Below are positions 8,330 through 16,847 of a stretch of DNA of 32,000 nt, one piece after another (within the stretch, counting starts at the first letter, position 1; each line of letters begins with the position of its first letter). This DNA comes from an uncultured archaeon. Lineage in GTDB: Archaea; Asgardarchaeota; Thorarchaeia; Thorarchaeales; Thorarchaeaceae. The stretch lies in contig CAZYLT010000018.1 in the NCBI GenBank assembly GCA_964648855.1, positions 17,039 through 49,038 of the forward strand, in the 5' to 3' direction. Under the pieces are notes generated by a model, which did no database searches, was not told the origin of the DNA, and saw nothing but the letters and a program-made list of their open reading frames with translations. A program made the translations under genes and the position numbers.

Positions 8330-9083
8330 TATTGTTAGCATACACTCCTTTAGAGGAGGTACAGGTAAGTCGAATATCGCAGCAAATCTCGCTGCTGTTG
8401 CTGCGATGGAAGGAAAAAGAGTGGCCGTCATGGATACTGACATGGCTTCGCCTGGAATCCATGTGATTTTCGGTCTTGGGCAAAAAAAGATGAAATATAC
8501 ACTGAATGATTATCTCCGGGGCGAGTGTAAGATTGGAGATACTTGTCTTGACATGTCCCGTCAAATGGGAATAAAAGATGGCAAACTATACCTCATTCCT
8601 AGCTCTATGACGGCAACGGACATTACAAGAATCTTGAGGGAAGGATATGAGGTGAGTGATTTACGTAATGGATTTACTGATGTAATAGAGGAAAAAAATC
8701 TGGACTACTTGATTATAGATACCCATCCAGGATTAGACCGAGAAACCCTTCTCTCGATGGCCACTGCCGATTATCTCTTTGTTGTAGCACGAATTGACGA
8801 GCAGGATCTCCTAGGTACAGCAGCTACGCTCTCAGTTGCAAGGAAGTTACAGGTCCCTGACATTCAGATTATTATTAACAAAAAACCTAGTATCTATGAA
8901 GATAAAGCAATAAAACGAGAAGTTGAGAAGAAGTTCAAGGAAAAAGTGGCGACAATCATTCCTCTGCTTCCACTACTGATTGAGGCTGGTAGCAGGTATG
9001 TTGTCACTATGCGACATCCTGATAGCCAGTTCACAACCTGTATGAATGATTTGTATGAGATAATGGAACCTATGAAAACATAG
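8319..9083 (+). CDS. MinD/ParA-family SIMIBI ATPase
   Basis: Deviant Walker A SFRGGTGKS, switch I VAVMDTDMASPG, switch II LIIDTHPG, IINK motif. Overlaps the upstream gene by 11 nt. Confidence 0.92.
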   Translation: MTGDIVSIHSFRGGTGKSNIAANLAAVAAMEGKRVAVMDTDMASPGIHVIFGLGQKKMKYTLNDYLRGECKIGDTCLDMSRQMGIKDGKLYLIPSSMTATDITRILREGYEVSDLRNGFTDVIEEKNLDYLIIDTHPGLDRETLLSMATADYLFVVARIDEQDLLGTAATLSVARKLQVPDIQIIINKKPSIYEDKAIKREVEKKFKEKVATIIPLLPLLIEAGSRYVVTMRHPDSQFTTCMNDLYEIMEPMKT

Positions 9084-9196
9084 TTGCATTCCAATAAATG
9101 TGTAGGGCAGAGATAAGAGCGGCTTTACGAAAACTTGGATATAACCAAAAGACTTCTATCAGGTATGGATTCCATAATACTCAGGAGTGCGCTAAA

Positions 9197-9643
9197 TTGC
9201 CCATTGAAGTAAGAACAGCCACTGCAAGAGACAGAAAGAATTTGCAGCAATTCTATTCGAGAGAAGGATTGAGTTTCGAGAGAATTGCATCAAGAACGGC
9301 TGCTATACCAATGGGGACTTCTTCAGAAACAATGTTCATTGTTGCAGTTACTGATGACATGGTTTGCGCCGCAATGAAACTGGACATCGGTGACATCCCT
9401 GAACTAGGGAAGATTGGATTCATCCAGCATTTTGAAATTGAAGATGAACTCGAAACCACCGACCTAGGAGAAAGAATGCTTCTCAAGGCTGAGAATATCG
9501 CCAGAGAACGGCATCTAAGGGCTCTTGATACTATCATAGCCGATGATAGACCGGACATAATTAAGCTCTATGAAGATGCGGATTTCGAAGCGGAACATAC
9601 AGAGATATACATGAGAAGGCAATTTAGAAATCGTATTTTCTAG
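9197..9643 (+). CDS. GNAT-family N-acetyltransferase
   Basis: IEVRTATARD N-terminus, GFIQHFEIEDELETTDLGERML (degenerate motif A), IKLYEDADF (motif B). TTG at 9197 follows AGGAG (9098 is the alternative start). Confidence 0.75.
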   Translation: MPIEVRTATARDRKNLQQFYSREGLSFERIASRTAAIPMGTSSETMFIVAVTDDMVCAAMKLDIGDIPELGKIGFIQHFEIEDELETTDLGERMLLKAENIARERHLRALDTIIADDRPDIIKLYEDADFEAEHTEIYMRRQFRNRIF

Positions 9644-9667
9644 CCGCACAAAAAATAAGCTGGGCCT

Positions 9668-11485
9668 CTAGACGAGGCCACTAATACCCAGTTCTTTCAG
9701 GGTTTCATCTGTCGGAATACCGCCATTATCCCAGCCCTGTATCTCGTAGTATCTATCAAGACTCTTCTCAAAATCCTCATGAGATACAAAGCTTGTCATT
9801 CCCTCCCTGGGGCCAGACAGCTCGGGTTCCCAGAATCTCTTTGGCAGTACATCATTTGCCCGAGAAACGCCTTCTCTTACGTTGAATAAGCGAGCCACGG
9901 TTTCGACTCTTCGGCCGAATTCCATGATAGAAGCTCGGTCATAATTCAGACCTGTAGCTGCATTCAGCGCATCAATCTTGTCGTCAAGAGACATAGGCAA
10001 TTGGTATGTAAAATGACAAACCTCGAGTGAATCAGTCAGTATCTTTTCGTTTCTGGCATCGACCATAGACTTAACCAAATCTACAGCAGAGTCATTAGGT
10101 GGCTCTGTTGTAGCGGGCCAACCTCTTAAGTGGCTTGCTCCAACGTCAGCAGTTGCATATGACAGTCCCATTCCACGGCGTCCACGAGGGTCCCATGCAG
10201 GCACTTCTAGTCCCTTCACATGAACTGCATATCGTTCGCTACCTTTACCGATTTCTTCTGCTGCTTTTTTAACTCCTTTTGCGAGGACTTTTCCTATACC
10301 TTCTTCCTCGGCAATCATCTTCGCCAACTTGAGGGCATTTTCGCCATTTCCAAAAGGCAGTTCGAATCCAATGTTATCTTCTGTGAGTATCCCTTGCTCA
10401 TACAGCTCCATGGCAAAGCCAATTATGCCACCAGTTGAGATTGTATCCATTCCGTAGTCATCACAAATGTAGTTGAGCTTGAAAACAAATTCAGGGTCAG
10501 ATACGCCTAAGTTACCGCCCATTAAGCCGAGTGTTTCGTATTCAACCATGGATTCGACCTTTTCTGGCGGGTTCAGCGGATTCTCTGTTTCGAATGCATG
10601 CGTACAACGCATAACGCAATGAGGACAAGAATGATGAGCTCCTAAACCATACTTCTCTTTGATTTTATCGGCATCTAGTTGCTCAACCTTTTCAAAAAAG
10701 CCACTTCTGAAGTTTCTGGTGGGGTACTGTCCTAATTCGTTTGAAATCTCCGGCAAGAATGTAGTGCCATACCTCTTGAATGGGACATCTCGATCCTTCC
10801 AGCCCTTCGCAAGACGAGCGTTAATCTCCCTAATAGTATCAGCATCATGAGCTGAAATCTCGCGCGTCCCATTGGCAACTACGCCTTTCAGATTTTTAGA
10901 ACCTAATACAGCCCCCACTCCACCTCTGCCAGATTGATGTGCAATCTCACAACATCCCGCGGCATTTGTCAGCAGCCTTTCGCCAGCAGGTCCAATTGCA
11001 TACACAGATGAACCCGATGTAGAGAATTCATGCAATTTAGGAGTGGTTTCATATACTCCCCTACCCCATAGGTGCTGAGCCGATTCAAATCGAATGTCAT
11101 CATCTTCGATGACCAACACTGTCGGTTTCTCAGATCTGCCTTTGATGGCTACAACATCATAGCCAGATCGTTTAATCTCCCTTCCCACTGCACCTCCAAC
11201 ATGAGTATCCAGATAGAAATCGGTCTTAGGAGACTTTGTGACGATGGACCATCTTCCTACATTTGGGGCAGGCAATCCTTGCAGAGGACCACTAAGGAAG
11301 AAGAGAATATTTTCTGGTCCTAGGGGATCAGTCCCTTCCTTCAGATCCTTGAAAAGGAAATATGTACCAATACCTTTTCCACCAATGAACCTATCCAAGA
11401 TGTCAGAGGAGATTTTCTCGACTTTCGTTGATTGCTCTGAGAGATCTATTCGAAGGATTTTCTTGTGCCAGCATTCTCGAACCAT
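9668..11485 (-). CDS. aor: Tungsten-containing aldehyde:ferredoxin oxidoreductase family protein
   Basis: KILRIDLS, FIGGKG, KSPKT, GRGGVGAVLGSKNLK, [4Fe-4S] CPHCVMRC plus a distal Cys (LEVCHF), EYET, pterin-binding DDYGMD, WDPRG; 605 aa. Confidence 0.95.
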   Translation of the reverse strand: MVRECWHKKILRIDLSEQSTKVEKISSDILDRFIGGKGIGTYFLFKDLKEGTDPLGPENILFFLSGPLQGLPAPNVGRWSIVTKSPKTDFYLDTHVGGAVGREIKRSGYDVVAIKGRSEKPTVLVIEDDDIRFESAQHLWGRGVYETTPKLHEFSTSGSSVYAIGPAGERLLTNAAGCCEIAHQSGRGGVGAVLGSKNLKGVVANGTREISAHDADTIREINARLAKGWKDRDVPFKRYGTTFLPEISNELGQYPTRNFRSGFFEKVEQLDADKIKEKYGLGAHHSCPHCVMRCTHAFETENPLNPPEKVESMVEYETLGLMGGNLGVSDPEFVFKLNYICDDYGMDTISTGGIIGFAMELYEQGILTEDNIGFELPFGNGENALKLAKMIAEEEGIGKVLAKGVKKAAEEIGKGSERYAVHVKGLEVPAWDPRGRRGMGLSYATADVGASHLRGWPATTEPPNDSAVDLVKSMVDARNEKILTDSLEVCHFTYQLPMSLDDKIDALNAATGLNYDRASIMEFGRRVETVARLFNVREGVSRANDVLPKRFWEPELSGPREGMTSFVSHEDFEKSLDRYYEIQGWDNGGIPTDETLKELGISGLV

Positions 11486-11515
11486 GATTTCCTACACTTC
11501 CAACTGAACAACACA

Positions 11516-11665
11516 CTATGTAACTTCTATTTTCTCCAATTTGTCAAGTTCAATGCCATCGAGAGCATTGAGAAGAGTGACAACTACGTCATGGATAACT
11601 GTACTAACGAATTCGTTCATTGCAACTTGCTTTCCCTTCACATGTAACTCAAAATCAGCGACCAT
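11516..11665 (-). CDS. 49-aa small protein resembling the C-terminal extension of MobB proteins (not in the ORF track)
   Basis: My translation: MVADFELHVKGKQVAMNEFVSTVIHDVVVTLLNALDGIELDKLEKIEVT*. GGTGA SD upstream. Ends 30 nt before the aor start, on the same strand. Confidence 0.72.
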   Translation of the reverse strand: MVADFELHVKGKQVAMNEFVSTVIHDVVVTLLNALDGIELDKLEKIEVT

Positions 11666-11858
11666 TTAATATCACCAATTGAAGGAGTAATATCCTTCCT
11701 TTATACCATTGACGGTAGGCATCAAAGTTATAGCCAAATCGAAATACCTTTAGTGGGGTTCAGTCCACAATTCAAGTATCGCTTGCTCCGATACGAATAT
11801 ATAGCCCTCCGAGTCGTAGCGAGTTAGTTGATGACCATTCAAAGTGAGGAATCTAGAG

Positions 11859-13847
11859 ATGGCTGAGGCATTCTCAGAAAAAAGTTTACTTTCTCGTGCA
11901 GATTTAGACGAAGATAAAAGTGGTCCCGTCAGCAAAATTGCTGGTTACGGAGCCATATTGGGTATTGTTGCAGGTGTTGTTGGACTCGTGTTTAGCGCAG
12001 CTACTCCATTAATTCAGTTGCCTTCTTTGGCTGTAGCTACTATAGTCGAAAGAAACTACATGTTAGTATCTGCTGCATTTATGGGCTTGATGGGGATATC
12101 CACACTAATTCAAGTCATGAGTTCGACCAGACTGAGAAATCAATTATCCTCAAACTATCCACGTGTAGGCTGGTTACCGGCAATTCTTGGCATTCTTGTG
12201 GCAATTTACAGTTTGGCTAGCTCTTTCACGATTGCAGGCCCTGCCTCTATCGCTAGCTACGTTTCCAACAGTGCCCTACTAACATCCTTTTTTGTCATAA
12301 CATGGCAATTATGGTCAGTTGTATTTACAGATGCCAGCGAGGGATGGAAGGGATTTGCTGCAGGAATTCTCAATGGATTTGCCTTCCCTGCCCTAGCAAT
12401 TGGACAAGCAATCAACCCCATTGTAGTTTATCTCGCCTACATCGCACTCATCATAGGACAAGTGTTCTCCCTATTGTATTGGTGGAGTCCTTTAGCTAAT
12501 ACGAGAGCCTATGCCCGAAGTACTGACAAGGGAAAATTTGCCTTTGGCCTGACCGGATTCTTGACAGTGCTCGTTGGAGCAGTAGCTGTATTTGTGGGCC
12601 CATTGCAGATGGCTGGTGATGACCCGGTATGGATTCCCTGGAGCGTATATACAGAAACAGGCTATATTACTGACCCCACTCTTATATGGGGATTCTGTGC
12701 CTCGCTTCTGTTTTGGGTTATGCTTGGACCTAGACTAGGAAAGAAAGAGATCAAGGCGACCGTTGTTAGTGAGGATCTTGTCACAGGTGGCAAGAAGTAT
12801 ATCATGGCATTTTTCGCTGCACTCGGCATAATTGGAGTGTATCTTGGCCCTAGTCTCGGTTCTGAACTTTCCATGGCAGGTTTTGAAATCATTGGATACA
12901 ATCTTTTCATAAGCTGGGCTCCAGCAGCTGTGTTGTTCATGATGGGAGCTATTTACGCTGGAAGAACAGATGTTCTTACGGGATTACCGCTAGTGCTTAC
13001 AGCCATTTTCATTCTGGTGCATCCCGTAGTCCTTGCAAACTTCGTAGTCATCGCCTATATCATCCTAATAGTGACTCAAGCGCTATTGATGATAGAAACA
13101 AAGGTCAGAGGCCTGACATACTATCAACAAGGCACTTTAGCAGTTATCGTCACTCTTGCTTCTTCAGCAATGTTTGTAATCATTGTACTCGGCGGACTTG
13201 GCAGCGGTCCTTCAGCTCTCTGGCCGACTAGTTTCTGGTTCAATGTGCAACTGTTTGCAGGGATTCCATTGGCAACACAGGCACCAACTGTCCTTGCTCT
13301 TCCAATACTAGCATTGCTAATCAGAAATGTTGCCATTGTTGGATATGCTCATGGGCGTGGAATAAGCGGTGGAGATGTTCTAAGTGGTTTGAGCATGCTA
13401 TTCGCACTTCTCATCCCGATTGTTGCACAGGCATTCAAGGGCATCACTCATATGGCACTCACTGCCGCTGCAATCATGCTTGCACTCTACGCAATAAGCT
13501 ATGCGTTGGTGTTATCAATCAATCTTAGCCTGGCTGCAAAGGTAGAGGACACAGGCAATCCAATCGAGGGAATGCTGATTAGATTGACCACGATTGCAGG
13601 AATTGTCCTTGGGGCGATAATCGCAGTCTATGTTCTAGCTACCTTCTCTGGATTCCCAAGCGCTCTACAGGTGTCTGGCGCGATTACGTTGTTGGTCATT
13701 CTGATTACTGGCCTTGAGATTCTAAACTTCATTGGCTGGTTATCAGCGGGAGTAAGATTAGGAATGCTTCGAAGCGGCTTCTCATTTAAGAAGCGAGAAG
13801 AACTTCTTGAAGAAGCAAGCTTAGGCCGACCCGGATTTGAAGACTGA
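11859..13847 (+). CDS. Large polytopic membrane protein of unknown function (roughly 17-19 TM segments)
   Basis: About 660 aa, almost entirely hydrophobic helices with short loops. GAGGA upstream of the ATG at 11859. No family motif recognised. Confidence 0.75.
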   Translation: MAEAFSEKSLLSRADLDEDKSGPVSKIAGYGAILGIVAGVVGLVFSAATPLIQLPSLAVATIVERNYMLVSAAFMGLMGISTLIQVMSSTRLRNQLSSNYPRVGWLPAILGILVAIYSLASSFTIAGPASIASYVSNSALLTSFFVITWQLWSVVFTDASEGWKGFAAGILNGFAFPALAIGQAINPIVVYLAYIALIIGQVFSLLYWWSPLANTRAYARSTDKGKFAFGLTGFLTVLVGAVAVFVGPLQMAGDDPVWIPWSVYTETGYITDPTLIWGFCASLLFWVMLGPRLGKKEIKATVVSEDLVTGGKKYIMAFFAALGIIGVYLGPSLGSELSMAGFEIIGYNLFISWAPAAVLFMMGAIYAGRTDVLTGLPLVLTAIFILVHPVVLANFVVIAYIILIVTQALLMIETKVRGLTYYQQGTLAVIVTLASSAMFVIIVLGGLGSGPSALWPTSFWFNVQLFAGIPLATQAPTVLALPILALLIRNVAIVGYAHGRGISGGDVLSGLSMLFALLIPIVAQAFKGITHMALTAAAIMLALYAISYALVLSINLSLAAKVEDTGNPIEGMLIRLTTIAGIVLGAIIAVYVLATFSGFPSALQVSGAITLLVILITGLEILNFIGWLSAGVRLGMLRSGFSFKKREELLEEASLGRPGFED

Positions 13848-13869
13848 TTCCTGGAGTGGATGAGAAACA

Positions 13870-14619
13870 TTGGATGCGGAGGTTGGCGGAAAAGTTCGCA
13901 AACCTCCTTCATCCAATATTGCCTTTCTTTCAGTTCATGGATTCTGCGCAGATATTGATGAAATGGCCAGTCTAGCCGATTTTCTCTATGACAGAAACAT
14001 CGCCTCATTTTCTGTACGTCTAAGTGGTCATGGAACCAAGCCTGAAGATTTAGCAAAAAAATCATGGAGAGACTGGTATGAGTCTGCCTTGGAAGGTCTT
14101 GAATTTGTTAAGTCATGGGACATGGAACATACATTCATTTCGGGTCTCTCAATGGGCGCATTGCTTTGCCTAAACCTTAGCATAAATGAACCTAACATCG
14201 CCGGACAGGTCCTTTTTTCTCCCGCTGTTAAGATTGGAGGAATAGCCGCTAAATTTGTTCCCATATTGAAGAGAATCATAAGATACCGAGAGGTAGATTT
14301 GTCATATATTCCCGAGATGTATGACCTTCCGAGAACGAAGTACTCGCGAGAACCACTTTCTGCCATACATGAACTTCTTAAGCTCGCCGACCATACTCGA
14401 GAAATTCTTGGTCAGGTCCATATTCCTACACTCGTTGTCCAAGCGGGGTCAGACAAGACAATAGACCCCTCAAGCGGAAAATATGTGTTTGACGAGATCT
14501 CCTCAAAAGACAAGCAACTTGAAGTGATTCAGGATGCTGAACATGTCATTACATGTCACCCGACAAGAAAGGAAGCGTATCCCCACGTAGAAGCGTTCAT
14601 CAAACGTGTTATAGATTAA
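13870..14619 (+). CDS. Alpha/beta hydrolase, carboxylesterase/monoacylglycerol lipase type
   Basis: VHGF oxyanion motif, LSGHGT, nucleophile elbow GLSMG, catalytic Asp (GSDKTI) and His (AEHVI). Confidence 0.92.
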   Translation: MDAEVGGKVRKPPSSNIAFLSVHGFCADIDEMASLADFLYDRNIASFSVRLSGHGTKPEDLAKKSWRDWYESALEGLEFVKSWDMEHTFISGLSMGALLCLNLSINEPNIAGQVLFSPAVKIGGIAAKFVPILKRIIRYREVDLSYIPEMYDLPRTKYSREPLSAIHELLKLADHTREILGQVHIPTLVVQAGSDKTIDPSSGKYVFDEISSKDKQLEVIQDAEHVITCHPTRKEAYPHVEAFIKRVID

Positions 14620-14638
14620 CCATTTCTAGGACATCTGC

Positions 14639-15352
14639 TTAGTGGCTCTTATCAAATTCCGTTCTCGCTGAGAGTGCAATATCAGGGAGATCAGTGATGA
14701 TACCGTCAACACCCCGCTCAATCAATTCCAGCATTATACTCCTATCATTGACAGTCCAAGGTAGTACTTCCAAACCAGCCTCATGTGCGTCTTGAACGAA
14801 ATTCTCTGGCATAGCAAAGAAGAGCGGATTGATTGCATTAGCATTCAATTCTCTCGCTTTCTGGATACTCGACTGGTCAATTTCATTGAGTAGCAAAGCA
14901 GTCGATGCGTCGGGGTTCATATCCTTCATTTTCTCAATCACCGATTGAATGAAGGACGAGATTAATACAGAATCAAGCATCCCCGAGTCATCTACCAATT
15001 GAAGTGAGTCATGCTCGATCTCGGGTACTTTTATCTCAATATTCAGTTTTACTTTTCCTTTAGCCCAACTCAGAACATCAATCAGAAGAGGAATTTGCTC
15101 CCCTTCACCCACATCTAATTGAACCAATTCGCAGTAGTCCATTTCACCCACATATCCCTCGATTGATGTAAGCCTAGAAAGCTCATAATCATGAATAACC
15201 ACCAGCTGCCTATCTTTGGTGGCCTGCACGTCGAGTTCAATCATATCCACACCGAGTTTCCATGCCTTCTGAAAAGATAGCATTGTGTTCTCGGGAGCAA
15301 TAGTAGGCGCACCTCTATGCCCAACGACTAGAGGTGAAGAAGCAAACAGCAT
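14639..15352 (-). CDS. Glycerophosphodiester phosphodiesterase (GDPD, UgpQ/GlpQ-like)
   Basis: VGHRGA..APENT, IELDVQATKD..LVVIHD, NIEIK, PWTVN, GVDGIITD. Confidence 0.95.
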   Translation of the reverse strand: MLFASSPLVVGHRGAPTIAPENTMLSFQKAWKLGVDMIELDVQATKDRQLVVIHDYELSRLTSIEGYVGEMDYCELVQLDVGEGEQIPLLIDVLSWAKGKVKLNIEIKVPEIEHDSLQLVDDSGMLDSVLISSFIQSVIEKMKDMNPDASTALLLNEIDQSSIQKARELNANAINPLFFAMPENFVQDAHEAGLEVLPWTVNDRSIMLELIERGVDGIITDLPDIALSARTEFDKSH

Positions 15353-15423
15353 GAGATATTATCCTCAAAGATTTGCAGATATTGCTTTCGGATTCTCATA
15401 TATTGCATGTGCTGAGTGTTTCC

Positions 15424-15723
15424 TTAGGAGCTTTCTTCAGGAGCAATTCCTGTCCCACCACACCGAGGACACACATTCTCCTCTCCGGCTTCCTCTACTC
15501 TACCGGTGCCTTTACAGTAGTAACACGCCTCTCGCTCAGGATCAAGAGACCGGTCGAAACCTTTTATCATTGCACCACCGATACCGAGCAAAACAATTCC
15601 CACAAACGTCAGGACCAAGGATAGCAGGTAGTATTCTGGAATGGGTAGAATCAGGGCAATCGACGCTAAGAAAGCTACTGCACCAAGGCCGAGCAAGACT
15701 GCTCCTTTGTTTTTTTTCTCCAT
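15424..15723 (-). CDS. Small two-TM membrane protein with a DnaJ-type zinc finger (two CxxCxGxG repeats)
   Basis: Two hydrophobic helices, then CYYCKGTG and CPRCGGTG. GGTGG SD before the ATG at 15723. Confidence 0.75.
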   Translation of the reverse strand: MEKKNKGAVLLGLGAVAFLASIALILPIPEYYLLSLVLTFVGIVLLGIGGAMIKGFDRSLDPEREACYYCKGTGRVEEAGEENVCPRCGGTGIAPEESS

Positions 15724-15900
15724 TATGGCCACCAACGATGTGTGTGTATTCGATATCAGAGGAGAGCAATTTACAATACAACACTATCGGTTTGCAGCGA
15801 CTCTCTGCTTTATACCTTATGGCATAACCCCTATAATGGGCGCTCAAAGCATCACCCTAAGAGATTAATACACAAAAAGGGCAGAATATAGTAGAGCTAG

Positions 15901-16827
15901 GTGGTTAAGAAGTTGTCAAGGACAGACCTTTTCTCAAGATATGGCCAGATATACCGAAAATCACGAGCTAAGGAGATAGTGCCCGACGGGCTTTTTGTCC
16001 GGCAATTAGCTGATTTGCCGCGTTATGGCATGGACATTGGGATATTCTTTAAAGAAAAAGGTCTCAAAAAGCCTCGGCAAATATACATGGAAAATCCACT
16101 GCCCGTTTCCTTAGCATCAGAGGACGGGTTTTTTGAAGCGGAGGATGATATGTACCTAACAAGGACTATCATCTCTAGATTCAAAAAATTGGATTATCTG
16201 AAGATTTCCATCGCTGCTGGACGTTTGCTTGAAGAAAAGCAAGATCGAATTCAGTTCCTGAAAAGATGTCAGGGAATAGTGGATACACTGCTTCGTAAAA
16301 CGAGAAATATTGTGCATATTGGAAGTTACAAGCCGCTCTTGTACGCTCGCAAGATTAGAACACTTGATGAATTTCTGAAGAAAGTGATGAAACTTGATGA
16401 TGTATCGCGCGAGGCAGCAAGGATACCATTTGATGTTGCACAACCAGAATACTTACTTCTTAGCGGAAATAATTTGGTAGTGATGAATGATGAGGCACAA
16501 GTCCACCAAGGGGTATATCATTTCGTGGGAGGAATCGGCTACACGTTTGACAAGAAAGTTGGAGCGGTGAATGAGGAACAAATGTTCCGCCCCAATGTGG
16601 ACTGGACTTCAGTTGGAATAGATAGGGCTTATGTGGAGTCGAATATATCTAGGGTTACTGAGGATTTTCAGACCAACATTCATTCACTCATTTTCAGTGA
16701 TATCTGGAAGAAAACGGATAACAGGCCAGTTGCAGTGAATATAGATAAGAATCTTTTAATCAAACCTGAGCCATCTAGTGACATTTGGGCGGGAGTATTT
16801 GAAGTCTACCTAAAGCCACCTGAATAA
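15901..16827 (+). CDS. Hypothetical soluble protein
   Basis: 308-aa ORF with globular composition that fills the gap between neighbours. No motif recognised. Confidence 0.7.
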   Translation: MVKKLSRTDLFSRYGQIYRKSRAKEIVPDGLFVRQLADLPRYGMDIGIFFKEKGLKKPRQIYMENPLPVSLASEDGFFEAEDDMYLTRTIISRFKKLDYLKISIAAGRLLEEKQDRIQFLKRCQGIVDTLLRKTRNIVHIGSYKPLLYARKIRTLDEFLKKVMKLDDVSREAARIPFDVAQPEYLLLSGNNLVVMNDEAQVHQGVYHFVGGIGYTFDKKVGAVNEEQMFRPNVDWTSVGIDRAYVESNISRVTEDFQTNIHSLIFSDIWKKTDNRPVAVNIDKNLLIKPEPSSDIWAGVFEVYLKPPE

Positions 16828-16847
16828 TCAGATAATCCAGGAAGGCG

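Noticed and set aside
8319-9083. Calling this a canonical minD cell-division gene or a parAB partition locus
   Set aside because: No minC, minE, parB or segB neighbour, no evident centromere-like repeats, and no membrane-targeting tail.
15285-15868. Several overlapping ORFs (180, 83, 101 and 75 aa)
   Set aside because: They are shadows of the GDPD and Zn-finger genes and the intergenic region, with no protein-like motifs.
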